A stretch of DNA of 64,000 bases from Octopus sinensis (Eukaryota), in assembly GCF_006345805.1 (NCBI RefSeq), contig NW_021832224.1:420970-484969 (forward strand), in the 5' to 3' direction. Shown in pieces: positions 37,940 through 53,289 of this stretch. Every line of letters starts with the position of its first letter. Position 1 is the stretch's first letter. Below the pieces are notes generated by a model. That model worked only from the letters and a program-made list of their open reading frames with translations. It was not told where the DNA came from and did not search any database. Both the position numbers and the translations under genes were made by a program.

Positions 37940-39696
37940 TATAAATACCGGATCTGGTACGTCTCCCCCGAAATCCTTTCCAAAAGCAAATTGCATTCCA
38001 GAAGATTCCAAAAAGAAGTTTTGGTACAACTTTGAAAGGCAACATCGAAGCAATAACCATATTTAGGCTCTAAAACAACTCGTAACCACACTAGTCAACT
38101 TTTGGCATTTTTATTAATTTTTTTAATCGCTTCCTTGCTCAACGATGTCATCCTCTTGACAGAATCTTTGATAAAGCTACAATTTCTATTCCAGTTATAA
38201 AAATCAAAAAAACTTGGTTGTATTTTTTTCTAAATGTTTGGCTGATATGGTCTTGGGCCCCAAAAACTCAAAGTGTCGTAAAAGTTCCTCGCATTCAACA
38301 AGAGGAACATTCCATGAACGGTTGATGGCAAAAGGAGTAACATCAATCGAATGTTTTACAAGTTCCCCAAGCTAAACTGATAATAACCAACTACAATGTA
38401 ATTCCTAATCATTTGGAGCATTTCCAGACTCGAACCCGAAGCACTAGTTTGATAGTCAGTCGCATACACAAACTCACTAGAATGTACAACAACGACCACC
38501 TGCGGAGAACGAGATTGTCCCCGATTATATGCGAACAGTAAGAAAGACGTCTCAAAACATCCTCCCGTTCACAGTCCAAATACTTACAAAAATACTCAAT
38601 CGAAGTAATTTTGTTCATTTCCTTCAAATAGCACATCGCGATGACATCCCAACTCCCATTTGACTCAATCGAGAGGCTTTAAGTAATAATAAACAAAAAA
38701 CTACAAATATTCCTTTATGTGTGAGAGCACAAGACCTTTGATATAGTCCATTTGAGTACCCCTTGTCAGTACAGTCCCTTCTTCAGTCTTTTCTTGGGAA
38801 GGCCGAAGAGAGAGTGATTCCTGAGTACTGAAATGCACAGGTAACCTCCCCAAAGACACAGTCACGCCAATTCTCAGCAGCAGTACACTCATCTTGCCAC
38901 TTCTTTGAACGCAAACGTCTCTGCCGTTGAAACCTCGTTTCTTTCCTAACTCGACAGACCTGTTCCCCTTTTACCGAATCTTCTATAAACTCCGCGGAAA
39001 TAAAACCGTCATAAACGGTGAAACTTGGTCTTAATTTGATGTGGTCCTCCAGTGGCTTCAAATGCATTTCTCCGTCCGTAATCTTCCCAACAAGGAGAGT
39101 GTGGTTCGCCTTCTTCCCAGGGACTGACATCAACGTCAGTTTATTGGCCTGTACTAGTCTGAGAGTAGTAAAATAACAAAAACTTGATCTCCGATTCTTT
39201 TAAGGGTCGACATCGTCTTCGGGGCTTCTTTTTCCGTTTTCTTGGAAGTGGGGGCTTCGGATTAGTCGAGGATTGTTCTTTATTTACTTGAACTTCAACC
39301 TACGACTACAACAAGAGGAGTACTAGTCGGTTTTCAGGTTTGATTCGAATGCTGTTGATGTCCTGCATGCCATACGAACAGTTCCTTGTGGTCAGGGGGT
39401 ACTACAATCAGATTTAGGAGTACTTCAAAGATGAACAGACTCTTGTCCCTTTCAGAGGAGACCTCTGTGTTGAGCTGGGAATTATTGTTTTTAAAATACA
39501 GTTAATGTTTCATTATATTTTAGGTTGAGGGCTGATTTTAGTCCTTTCGATTCATCAATATTTGGTTCTAGGGTCTTCTCTAATTCAATTTTTATTTCAG
39601 TTTTGGGGTTCTATGTTAGTTTTTAGTATTTACTTCAATATGTGTTTCAGGTATATCTTCAGCTTCTTTTTTGATTTGTTTTAATTTGTTTACCAT
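37940..39696 (-). CDS. POLR3E: RNA polymerase III subunit RPC5 (Sin-like); 3' end approximate
   Basis: SLFIFE|YPL...IRIKPENRL|VEVQV, LLVGKITDGEMHLKPLEDHIKLRPSF, LRRLSYCSHIIGDNLVL. 22-25 nt introns at the 5' end. Confidence 0.85.
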
Positions 39697-40429
39697 AATC
39701 ACACAGAGATCAAATATGCGCTAAAATCTATTTAAATTAATTGATATTCAAAAATTAAATAACAGTACAATATAATTATTAATTTGAACTTATAATTTAT
39801 TTAAAAAATATATTTATTTCTAGAAAGCAACGAAGAAAACTTAGATAACTTATGATTTTCCGTCAGTGTAAAATAATAAGAAACGAACGGTGTTAATTTT
39901 AACGAGTATCCGCAAGTTTTTTCTAATAAAAGTAGCTTTCCATACCAAATTTTTTAATTCAAGATATTTCTATTTATTTGATCGGCATCTCGTTTGATAT
40001 TATTTCTTAAAAGCTTCTTTTCTTACAGCAAAGCAGTGATTTGATTATTCGTTGTATGTCTTTGTCATTTTAATGTGTTCTTTTTCATTGCCTAAATAAA
40101 CAAATAATTTGACAATATAATTGACCAGAACAACAACAAGTAATGATTAATTTCTAATTAATTCATCTGTTCTCAGTCGATTCTCCTCCTCTTCGATGGG
40201 AACACTTATTTATTTCAAGACTGTTGCCATTCCAAACTTATGTTCTGCTTGCATACTTTTTAATGTTTTCCGGATAACCACAGAGTGAATGTAAGTTCGT
40301 GTGGGTTCTTTTAGACCGATTGAGTAGCAGTGATGTTAATAGAATTTACACACAACACTGTCCCATGTTAGTACTAATAGGAAATTGACATTTTTATTGT
40401 AGAACGGAAAGAGACTGATACAGACAATT

Positions 40430-42800
40430 ATTTTTTTGGCGTCGATACAACAAGACGACTGCTTGAGCCAGTCGAACTCTTCTAAGAGACGTCTATTGCT
40501 GTCCGGGGTAAGCTGGGCGGTTACTGGTCCCGATCGATAAAGAAGTCGGTCACTTGAGATCTTCTCCGGAAAGACCGGATAGATTTCTCAATGACCTGTC
40601 GGACTTGGGCTCCGCCCAGCTTGGGACGGGGCTTTGCGGGTCAAGCCTGTAAGCTAGCTTTAACGCGTAGCGTCGGATTTTTTTGCATTTCCTGTTAATT
40701 TTCTCGAGATCTTTTGAGTAGTACCATGCTTCCATCCCGTACAGAAAGCTGGGTAGGATGGTTGCGTGGAACACAAAGAGGAAAGTCCTTGGATCCAGAT
40801 GCATGCTTCTTAAGAGGCGGAGAGCTGCGATGGCTTTTGCTCTCTTTTTTTGACGTGCAGACAGTAACCCAAGTTAGCGTCAATCGTAAGCCCCAGGTAG
40901 CGTATGCAGCTAGCTGGATTTAGCTTAAGATATCTTGAACAAATCAAACAGAAAAGTCCCGTTACTCTTCTCCATAATCTTTCGCGTTTGAAGTGGTCCT
41001 TCGTTCGCGGTCAGCACATGGCAATGCTCCGTACGATGTTAGATAGTGAAGCATAAAATTGCTAAACTCATTGCTTGCGGAGTCGATGTCGAGGGCCGAG
41101 TTATAGCCAGCAGGGCGAGCGTTGTCGTGCTGGAATGCACTCATGGAGCTCCTGTAGTGTGGCCAATTGATCCTTGAGAGACTGTAGTGTGTGAATATGC
41201 GTTCTTATTTAACAGTACTAGTGTGAATTTTGATCTCCATTGGAAAGTGGTCACTTCCGATATCGTCAAGCACTGTAGGCTTTTCTATAAGGTTAGCAAC
41301 AGAGTGAGAGTAAATGCACAGGCATAGGTTGTCCCCGCCGAAGGGTGAGAGGTGCTTCGGGTCTTCAGATGTCCTGACAAAAACACCAAGTTTGTCAGTG
41401 ATCTTTTTCAGTGTTCGACCATCCTGGTTGGTTAACCGAGATCCAAACGCCGTGTGCTTCGAGTTTAGGTCTCCGATAAGAAGGCAGTGAGCTGTACTTG
41501 AGAATTCCACCGACCTTTAGCTAGAAGGATTCGGTTTTCACCTCAAGAGAGAGGAATTCACATAACCTGCCCTCGATGATAGTGAGGTCACGGACTTGGA
41601 ATTTTTCGCAATAAAAGATACTCGAACCAGTCCCTGGCGTGAACCAGGTGCCCCATTTTAGGTCCAGTGATCGATATCCGGGGAGTTCATGCGACTGGTT
41701 TTCCCTGAGCTTAGACTCGTTGACGACAATAATGTCCGGATGGCCGCTGTTTACCATCTCAACGAAGTCGTGATGCCGTCTCTTAATAGATCGAGCATTC
41801 ACAGCGACGATTTTCAAGGGGACTATGTTGCTGAATTGCTCCCTCCTAGCAGGAGCTTTTGCAGCATTTCCATATCCACTCCGAGTTTAGTCAGGGCTCC
41901 TAGACAACGGCGAAAAAATTCCATTAAGGCATTCGAGTGAGCACCTTGTTGTGGCAGGGCTTTGTCATGGAGAGCTTCTGCCTTCTTACGGAGGACAGCC
42001 AAGCTGTCAACTTTTGCGTTATGGTGCTCAACAGTGTTTGACTTCGTGTTGTTGTGGGGACCGGGGTCCGGCGACGTCTGAATGCAGACATTAACCTTGG
42101 CCGGCACAGAGCTAGCAACGAACTTTCTCAGTGCACTTATGAGACGTGTGCCCAAATTGGCTGCATCTGAAGCATTTCACGGCCGGAGGCTTGTGCCATT
42201 CACAGCGGATATGGCTGAAGCCAGCTGTGATTCCAAAGCGGATGAGGGCGTTGGCCTCAGCCCTGGAGTTCAGTGTGAGCTCCCAATCGGAATGTCAGTT
42301 CCATTGCAGGAGTATCTTTCGAACTTGAAGTCCTATTCAAGAGTTTCTCGCAAATGGAAGTTAAGGTCCTGTGTTGAGATCCAATGGAGAATTCCCTTGA
42401 GGATTAGGACTGAGGCCTTCTCAGCTACAGAGGCGAGTTTATGGCCGCCTTCGCCAAACATTTTGGTTTCAGATAACTCTGCCTTGAATGCGGCTGCATC
42501 CTCGGCGCACCGGAATTGGAGTCGGAAAGATCCGGACTTTTGTAGAGTAATCCGAGCTTTCGACGCATTGGGGGATTTTGAATGAAGATTGAATCTTTTG
42601 ATTTTCCTCAGTGTTGGGTTTTTAATGCTGAGCATATAGCAGAGGCTCGAGCTGTCACGTTAAGTTACCACCTGATTGGGTTCGAAAGATTTTTGAGTCT
42701 TACTGGATTTTTGAGGCTTCATAGTTCTCAGAGATTCCATAGGATCTACAAGTTCCGTGGGTTCATAGAAAAGTTGTGGTTTGACTGCTGATCGTTTTTG
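40430..42800 (-). mobile_element. I/Jockey-like LINE: ORF1, APE and RT C-terminus, RT core missing
   Basis: ORF1 pieces at 42635-41823. APE VNARSI, VNESKL, IGDLNSKH, IGSDHFP. C-terminal ATILPSFLYGMEAW. Confidence 0.82.
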
Positions 42801-43399
42801 TGCTTTCGCACAAGCTTTAACCGTTAGAAGATTTTTCTTAACCATGTTAGAATGTTATTTCAGATTTTGTCTGAAATTTTGTACTAATAGGACTATACAG
42901 TCAACCCTTTATTTATTGCCACTAACGGGACCGACCAAAATGATGGTAAAAAGGGAGGTGTTAAAAAAGGAGGTTTGTTATTTTTTGTTTTCAACGAGTT
43001 TATTAGTCAATATAAAGAAAATAAGTTTTTATTGAGAGAACATTTTTAGGAAAAACAGTTAGATAATCTAATAATGTTTTTTTCCGTTTAATGTTTTTTA
43101 TGTTGTCGATAATTTTCAATGCAACAGAATTTCAATTTGTTTCGATAAAAATATAAAGTGAAAAATCATAGATGTGGTAAATTAGAGAGGTTTGACTGTA
43201 TCTGTAATAAATTATAATTATTGACTCTCGTTTTGCTAAAATTTATACATTTTAAAGAAATATTAAATTTTTAGCTACGCTGATTATTATTTGATTCTTG
43301 TTTTAAGTCTAAAAAATCTATTTATCAAAAACTGTATTAACACGGCATTAAACAATTGGGCAAAGATAAATGAAAAAATAATCGAAGAATCTGACGAAA

Positions 43400-44050
43400 A
43401 GGTATTCAATTTGATTTGATTCATTCTCGAAATTTGGTTGGACGCACAATTTTTGTCCAAATCAGCTATGGAAGTGTCCAATGCAATAAAATAATATTGA
43501 TGTTTGGAAAAGATTTAATTCTTCACACGGACAATGGGGAGAAATTTGTCAATGACAAGATTGCCTGATTATGTGAGGAGTACATAATGAAACCTCTGAG
43601 GGGTCATGCAAAATGCCTTTAGGTGCAGGGGCAAATAGAAAAACTACACCAATCCTTGAAATATATTTTGTCTCCTCCACTTGTTTGTCCGATAACCTCA
43701 ATTATAAATGGATTTCAATAATAAACAGGATAACCAGTTCCTATAACTCAGCGTCGTATGCACCGTTCAGAATTATGTTTGACGAAAATGCCAATCAGTC
43801 GATGAATATGTATTATACGAAAGAAGAAATTGATCAATTATTCACGGAATTGGATCGATTCAAACTGAATAAAAAATGATTTTGACATGGTTTTTTACCA
43901 AAAGAACAAGTATAAAGGCTGTCCACTGCTCAGATGTGGCTGAACAAAAAATCTTTTAAAAAGGATTTGAAAGAATGATATCTCTGTGTTAAAAATTGAG
44001 GACGGGGTTCTCCGAAGAGGTAGACTGACACAAATAAAAAAATTCGGAAG
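43400..44050 (+). mobile_element. Ginger/GIN-like integrase remnant
   Basis: ILHTDNGEKF and related rve motifs with stops; same family as 50.9 kb and 62.1 kb. Confidence 0.5.
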
Positions 44051-44892
44051 CTTTCTTTAAATGAAAAAATAGATTACCAGGGTATATTATGTACAAAAAT
44101 TCTCACCTACTGGTATGGTAATAATAAAGTCTAAAGATAGCACTTGTTTGTTTTGTTCTAAATAAATTTTTCTTAATGTCTTGGCTTTTTGATCTCTAAT
44201 TATTGAATATGTTAGGAATGTTTAGAAATATTTACATTAAAAAATTTCAAGTGTTTTTGATTTGGGATGTTCCAGTTTTTAAGCTAAGAGGCAAGGGTTT
44301 TTGGAAAAGCAAGCTTAGTGCTTTATTTGAAAAATGTCTCAATACATATCTTTGAACTTTGTGCAGAGTGACACGAAAAATACATCGGTGGCAACTCAGG
44401 ACTGACTTTATGTGTTGCATCAATCGTGCCATATTGTGCGTAAGGCTCCAGAGAAAATAAACGAGACTTTTCTCTATTTGTACTCAACACAGACAACGCA
44501 AGAAGAAATCACGCAGAAGCTCAGGCCATAGAGTAAGTGGAGGGCAAACATTTCCGCAAAGATAGCTGGAAGAAAAACCGAGCTGCAAGCGCTGACTAGG
44601 CACATTAATGATGTGAGCAATGGAGTCAAGATTTGGGTCAAGTGAGTACTGTACCTTGTCGAGCACGAGCTGCCAGATGGGATTTTAATGAGTTGAGTCG
44701 TGTCTGGGCAGAGGGGAAGCTGATTTTCGTTTATTGAAAGAAGTTCTCAAATAATTGCAGACTGTTCTATCGCCTACTGCACGGAGATACTTTCTTGAAA
44801 TTTAATTGGAGGTCTACAGAGCCAAAGAAGAGAAGGAAGAAGGGAAGAAAATGCGTAAAGTGTCATTTCCTATTCACTTTGGAAACTCAGGA

Positions 44893-46111
44893 CTTATTAT
44901 TATTAAGCACACCGCAAAATAACGTTAGTAAAGTTATCTCGCTTGTGCCACCCGTTCCTGGATGCGTTTTGTTAATCGCTTCCAAGTCCCTCTGTTCCTC
45001 GATAGTTCTCTCAAGTACTCAATTTCAGCCTTTTTCCAATCAAAGTTAGGTCCTGGTGCAGGAGGGTTGGTAGAGTGATTCGTGATCTTCCTCGGAAGTT
45101 TGTCCCCGGGTGGGGGCGTAGTGGTGTTCCATTGCAAGATTTGCAGGAGTTTTCCTGTCCATTCTTAGGATGTGACCGAATAAGGCCAATCTATTACTTC
45201 TTATTTCTTTGTCCAACGGGTGTTCATTGTACCTGGAGTAGAGATGTTTGTTTGAAATGCGTTTTGGCCAAAAGATTCCTAGGATGTATTTCAGCTGCAT
45301 TCTGTGAAAGAAATTCAGATTTTTTATTTCCTTCACTGTGAGCCCAAGAGGAGTTGTACAGTAGGACTGGTTTTACGAACATATTGTAAAGTTTGATTTG
45401 TAAAGACGCAGAAATGCTCCTGAAGAGCTCCAAAAACTTATTGCTTACATCTTGAACAAAACTTTTGAAGAACATGCCAAAATTAACATCGGAATCGGAA
45501 AGTTAATTTCCTTACATAAACCCGGGAAGGAAAAAGGAAAACTAAACAGCTTAAGAACAATCATAATACTCAACTTACTTTGTAAAATTCTATCACTAAT
45601 CGCTTTGGAGAGAATTAAAGGCCCACTACGTGAATTTATCGGACCCAGCCAAAGTGGGTTTGTCTCTGGAAGATCAACTTCCGATGCTGTTTGGAGCCAC
45701 AAATGGATGTGTGCTTCATGCCAAAAATATAAAGAAGAGTACCACATAATGGAAATCGACCTATCTAAAGCATTCGACTCAATCAGTAGAATTAAGATGA
45801 TACAAATATTAACGCCACTACTCGACGAAGATTGCATCAGAATTATTCGTTACCTACTCTCCTCCACTCAACTATTTATCCAGCTCGGAAAACAGAAATC
45901 CAAAGTATTTGAAACAAACAAGGAAACCCCCCAAGGAGACGCCTTATCCCCGGTCTTATTCATCGTATATCTGGAGGCGACCCTACGAAATGTCAGGAAT
46001 AATATCCTCAGAAATATTACAGAAGTCATCTTTGCAGATAACATAGATTTCACGGCAACAGACCCCCAACTAGAAAGTACTATGGACAAATTGGCCTCAG
46101 AACTTAGTTAG
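44893..46111 (-). mobile_element. RTE retrocopy with an inverted 5' segment
   Basis: The minus strand 44893-45440 carries the (TAA)n tail and RT C-terminus (KPVLLYN, FGHILR). The RT core (QSGF, DLSKAFD, PQGDALSP, FADN) lies on the plus strand at 45452-46111. Confidence 0.85.
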
Positions 46112-46196
46112 GGAATTAATTAGTTTCTTTTTATTAATAAAAAATATTTTTAGAATAGCCGCATTATATTGATTATATAAAGTATTAACAATTCAA

Positions 46197-47361
<1,165 letters not shown>

Positions 47362-47479
47362 TCTAACTATTAAATACTACTAATACATTGAAGGATAACA
47401 AGCTAAAAATAAATTTAACTAAATGACGTTTTCTTTTTCTGTATTTTGATTAAGACTCAATAATCTCTTCATTATTTTG

Positions 47480-47800
47480 TCTCCCAGGGTTATCGGTGAG
47501 TGTAGCCGGAGTATCTTATGTTTAATGACTTCACATATTTTCTGAAGTTTGATGTCACAGGACCATTTATGTAAAAACAATTGGAGCTACCTTGACACTC
47601 GCATGGAATATCATCTCCAATTCCTTTGCCAAGAGATCATATTTTATTAGCTTTTCTAATTCCAATTGTTGTAAGTTTTCTGTTGACGTTTTCTTCACTT
47701 CAAAAAAGAATAGACGGTCATGTTTCTTATCAAACATAATAGATCCGGCTTATTATCTCCAAGAATTGTCTTGAAGAGTGTTCACTGCCCGATTCTGAAT
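47480..47800 (-). mobile_element. R4/Dong-type RLE domain remnant
   Basis: NKPDL.MFDK...FEV...EKLIKYDLLAKEL, parallel to 26100-26450. Confidence 0.7.
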
Positions 47801-47829
47801 CTATCTGACGTCAATAAGACAAAATCTCC

Positions 47830-48430
47830 GGAATCTGATGGACAAGAATTGTTTGAGCATCGCAATTTTTTTCCGTGTTGGGTTGAAGATCTGCTAGGCC
47901 CACAAATGCCGCCGCTGGGAAACTGTTGACGAATACGGCTTCCACCCTCTCGCTTCCCGTCGGATTGCCGGTCGTGCCCCTCGACACAGAAAACTCAACG
48001 TTATCATACAGAGAGCCCTAGCTTTCGCGTGTGTCCCGTCAATCCTCGAACCAATTGGACTGAATATAGGAGACGGCAAATGCCCAGACGGGCTGTCCGC
48101 GTTTTCATACGAGCCAAGGAAATTCCTTATTTGGATTCTACTTGTTCAGACACATTTTTGCGCGGAAATCTCGCCCAGTCACCTGTCGATCCTGGGCACG
48201 CGTCAGGGCAGGACAAGAATCACAGGATTCTCAAGTACGACCACCTTTCAAACTCGATGTCCAATTGCTTTGGAGTCCTCCAGCATTTTCTGCCCCAAAA
48301 CGGTTCGCTTTCTTGCTCCTTTGGCAGACGACTCGAGAAAGTCACCTTAGCTTTTGGACAGTCTATCGATCGCTGTGATCCGTGGAAATGGCTTTGCTAT
48401 TAGCAAGGGTAGTCGAGCGTCTAGGTAAAG
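47830..48430 (+). mobile_element. CRE-clade 3' remnant
   Basis: RHRKLNVIIQRAL, LEPIGL..GDGKCPDG, DSTCSDTF. Confidence 0.75.
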
Positions 48431-49131
48431 CCTTTAACTAGTTTCTCATTTTATCTAAAAAATTGTCAAACATTTCGCTATATCAATAATCCAATTTTAA
48501 AAGAAGTCAACAAATCAATTACCTCTTTTAACAAATTCATTCGTCACTAATCAACAGCAAATTTAATCCCAATCTACCTCGTAACAAATTTATCTGTAAA
48601 ATAAGATAAATAAACCAGAAATAAACAGAGTAAGTAAATAATCACACTTGCTCGTCTAGAAATACACAAAACCAACCGTATTTGTTAGGATCGAAATTAT
48701 CGAATTTAATCTCCAAGATAAAATCCCTAAATGAGTGGTACATCAGCTTGTTCTATTGATTAGCGTCGACTTTCATATTGATTATCAAATTCTCAATTTA
48801 TAAATGTAAGCTTTCATGTATTAGGTCTCACAAATAACGATTTTAACTATTATAAAACCTACCTTTTACAACATTCACAATTTATCAATGACAATTTAAA
48901 TCCTTTGGGGACTATTGGTTTGTATTCTTAGATCAGCTTTCATGGGAACCAACTCGAAAATGTTAGCAGGTAAAAGAGTGCGTGTTAAAAACATAGTTGA
49001 ATTATTAAAACTATAAACGAATATACTAGTTGTAGCCTTGATGTTTTAAAGTTATTTGACCTGCCGATATGTTAGCAAAATAAACGCGGTTTTTCGTAGG
49101 CTATAAATACCGATTTTACGAAAGATTATTA

Positions 49132-49486
49132 ATGTCGGAACAGGAGAATTGTAAATGCAAGAGGATTCCATGTACATGTGTAAAACAAGAAAGCCCCTGT
49201 ACTGAGTTTGAATTTATCTTGCCCAGGGTGGGAAACGACTGACAATAATCGAAATGAAACACAATCGACTAGATATTTTGATTTCAATAATCAAAGTTAT
49301 CCGACTGGGCCGAACGATTCAAATTATTTTCAAAATTCGTATTCTCAGCATTGGACCCAGAATTTCCAGAATTGTTATTCTCCGCAATGGAACCAGCAAT
49401 GGAACCAGAATTTTCAACACTGGAATCAATTTTGGAGAATAAAGCCAATTCGTTTATTATTTCAAATTATTTTTAGGTATCATTGA
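49132..49486 (+). other. Short Cys-rich then Q/N/W-rich low-complexity coding-like segment (two frames, 1-nt offset)
   Basis: MSEQENCKCKRIPCTC... then ...QHWTQNFQNCYSPQWNQQWNQNFQHWNQFW. tataaa at ~49102. Confidence 0.35.
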
Positions 49487-50929
49487 CATTTCAGACTCAT
49501 ACGAAAAGTATTGGAGAGAAGCAATGCTATCACAGTTTGATTTCGATATTGAAGTTAAACCAAATGCGGGTTGTAAGAATTATATTTACAAAAAAAATGA
49601 AAATGGTTAGTTTTTATCAGTTTTAAATGATATTTAGATAAAAAGAAAGATGACCCGGGTAAATTTAATAATATTAATTAAACCTATTTAGACAAATCCT
49701 CCGGTTTTCTGCGTTGATTGGCTTCTTAAATAATGGCTGTTTCTTTTTTGCTTTCTTTTCCTAATACATGCTTTGACCTTTGAGTAGTATTTACTTTGAT
49801 GATGATCATGAATTTAATAATAATATAAAAATCGATTAGAGTAGATATTGTATTTAAATATTAAATTGACTGTGAGTTTAATGCATTTTTTAAATAACTC
49901 TATACCATTAACGTCAAACAAATCAAATTACTACAGAACTACATTTTTACACAGTTGGAGTGCAAAAAAGCACTCAAGCCCTTTAACGAAATCGTGTCCT
50001 TAATTTGAATACAGAGGGGAATTGAGATTCCATGTTATTGTTTTCTTCAGTTATGGCGTTATAACTCCAAAAGCCAAAAAATTCAAAATCTTTATAATTT
50101 TTATTTCAAGCTAACTATCTCCCCACTCCGTTGATAAGCTTCATGAAATAATTTCTACCTTTTTTGAAATACGAAATTATAGCTTTCATTTAGAGATAAA
50201 AACCAACTTCGTTGTTTAATATCATGCAGCTGTATTGAGTTTTTGTATAAACAAAATGTGAGAAAATTTAAATATAAACTTAGCATATCTCCTTATGTGC
50301 CAAGTGCAATTCACTAAAATAATTCGCTTTTACGTTGTCGAAAGCATGTCGTTCAAAATCTGACATTAGTAGCGAACATCAAAAAGCAATATACCTAGAT
50401 ATTTCCTTGGATCTCCCTTTTTTCTCTTAATTATGTCTACTTTTTTCTACTAGAGCAACTGTGTGGACTTTTCTAGATTAATTTAACTCCTTGCTACGAT
50501 AAAATCAAAGATCTAAAATAATTGCTTAAAAAGTATTTATTGAACGATTCCTTTGATAATGATCATAGACATAAATCCTTTTTTTTTCTTTCTGTCACTT
50601 TCTCTGTTTCTTTTGGTGGTCGAAAATGGATGAAGTAGACTGGGTCTGAGTGGATCACGAATGTAGTGATTAAAGTAAATAACCTGAAACTTTGAAAACA
50701 TATAATACCTCTTACTTATACTTAGCTATCTTTTCGCGATACTTGTTGAATATATGTTTGTGCACAAATTCTGAAGCTTTGAACTTTTGAAAAATCTTTG
50801 GTTGATCGGGAAGCTCATTGGAAAAAAGAAAAATGACTCCCGGGAAACCAGCTGGCTGTACCAGAGGGTATCAATAACAATCTTGCAAGGAAACTTGTTT
50901 GCTATCTGCGGTGCGGCCACTGGCGAATT

Positions 50930-51540
50930 CTGATTTACGAGTTTTCACACAGAGAAGTAAATAAAATTGAATATGAATTTCGAAAAAGATATTTCACTGT
51001 CAAGAATGAGATTATCAGAAAAGTCATTCGAAATTGTGAAGTTTGCAAATTTTCGCGTCTTTTAAAACTTCAAAAAATTTGTTTAATTGTAAATTGGGGA
51101 TATAAATCACCATCCGTTCGCTTCTTGTCCAAATGAACGTTTTCAAATAGACATAATAGATCTGAAAAGATTTTCAACATTAATTTAAAATTTTTATCAT
51201 GTAATTCGATTTTGAATCTAAATCTAAATTATTCCCAGTCAGACAATATGTTTCCAACTGCGAAGAGATTTAATTTCGAAATCAACCCAATTGATGAAAA
51301 TTCAAGTTATTACAAAGCTATGAACAGGAGAATGAATGTTCATAATAGTAAGTATACTTTTAGTGTGGGAGATAAAGTACAAATTAGAAATATTAATAAA
51401 TAGGTTCGGGTTAAAAAGGACTTTGGAACAAATCCTTCATTGCGACTGGATAAGTTTGAGTCTCCATATTATTCTGCCTCAGAAATAATTAATATTTTAT
51501 CGAATAATCGCGTGGAGGTAGTTTTAGATATTTTAATTTA
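50930..51540 (+). mobile_element. Ginger/GIN-like integrase remnant
   Basis: IRNCEVC Zn-binding motif; ASCPNERFQIDIIDL. Confidence 0.55.
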
Positions 51541-53289
51541 ATAGATAAAAATTCGAAAGGAGAAATATCAACTGTACTAATGACTACATTAAAAAATAGT
51601 TAGCTAAATTTTATTCTCTGTGGTTTTAATAAAATGAAATTAATTGAAGTTAATCTTAGTTCAAGGTTGATGTAACAGGCTGCCCATAGGTATTGCGTGG
51701 CCGATGTAATATTAAGTTTGAATACTTAATGACTCGTATTTAACCTTCTTGGTCGCTTACTGTTAATTTTCGATGTTACGGCAAGCGGCGTAAATCGATT
51801 TAGCGCGATCGTTCTCAATCCGCTATCACACAGAAACGGTGACATTTAATATTTTTAGCGTTATTTTAGAATTTTAAACATGTCCTTTCTAAAATGTTTT
51901 CCCCTATATATACAATAACAGGTTTTGTCCAAAATGTGGCAAAATATCAATCTATCGTGTGTATCTTAAATGGCGAACCTGTACAGACATCCTCAAGGCA
52001 AATAAAATATAAATTAACTAAAAAATCTATCAAATGTATTGTTATTGATGACTGATTATACCTCAAAATCAAAAGATTTCAAAAAACTAGTTATTTTCAT
52101 AAATAATGAAAATGGAATGGAAACTATTAAAGATTCTATTCATCGATATAACCTTTCTAGAATTTGTAAACTCGACAGGATTATTTACACTCTTATTTTA
52201 CAATAAAGCGGAAAATTATAGAACAAGTCGTCAAGAATGCTCAATTTGCAAATTTTCTATTCCACTTAAAGTATAAAATTAATGCAGGCTATAAATGGAT
52301 ATTTACCGGCTATAATGGATGTTAAAGTAAATATGAAATCGATAAAGCAGCTAAAAATAAATCTCTACTGTTCAAATTAAACGGATGAATAAAAAAAATG
52401 AACTTTCATAAATCGAAATACAATTTTTCAATTGGAAATGAAATATGTTTTGCAAATAATTGATAGGCTTGACTTTTAAAGACTTGCTGCTAAGATGCGA
52501 TAGATTGATGGAATGGAGTTTGTATTAGGGTTGCCACAAAAGGAACTCCTAAATAATCCCAAAGGGATATGTTTCAATATTTCCTATTCCTGTGTTTAGT
52601 GTTGAAATTACATTTCCACGTATAAGGTTTAGTTCCTGGGGAATAAGTGTAGAAGTTAGGATAAGTCACCATTTTTCTTTCTGAATTTGCATAATTTCCA
52701 AGCACAATGAACTATAAATTTACTGGGGCCCTTAAAGATGTCACCAATGACGTCAATGATTCTATCTAAAATTGGACGGACAAATCTATGCAGGAGATAC
52801 GTTTTTTCAAACAAAAACAGAGAAAATCCACCTCAAGAGAGTACCTATGTTAACCAAAATGTTTACACATATCATCCACCGCCACTTATGATCAAGACTT
52901 TCCGGCTGGCGAACCCGCCGATGTGACTTATAGATCTCATCAAAATCAAGTGAAGTAACAAATCTTGTTCTCAATTTCAATAAGAAAGTGGTCGAAATTA
53001 ACAAATATATTACAGTACGACACTGTTTGTTCCCCAGCAGTCACCTAGCAAAGTACTAGAACAGCCTGTAATCGCTTAACTTCTGTGTTCAGATGGGAAC
53101 GGGTATTTACGACTAAGTGTGATCGTAAGTTTTTTTCGTTTTAATCACTGGTCCGGAACATATGGACTGCCAAAAATTCAATATTGTAAAATTTTATGGA
53201 AAAAGTTAAGAAAGAGATTAAAAATATTCTAGAAAATATGACTTTTAACATAATTATAAAATTAGATAACATTTAATAAAATAAACATA

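Noticed and set aside
51672-51844. Solo LTR (TG...CA, GC-richer block)
   Set aside because: No TSD, second copy, PBS or PPT found.
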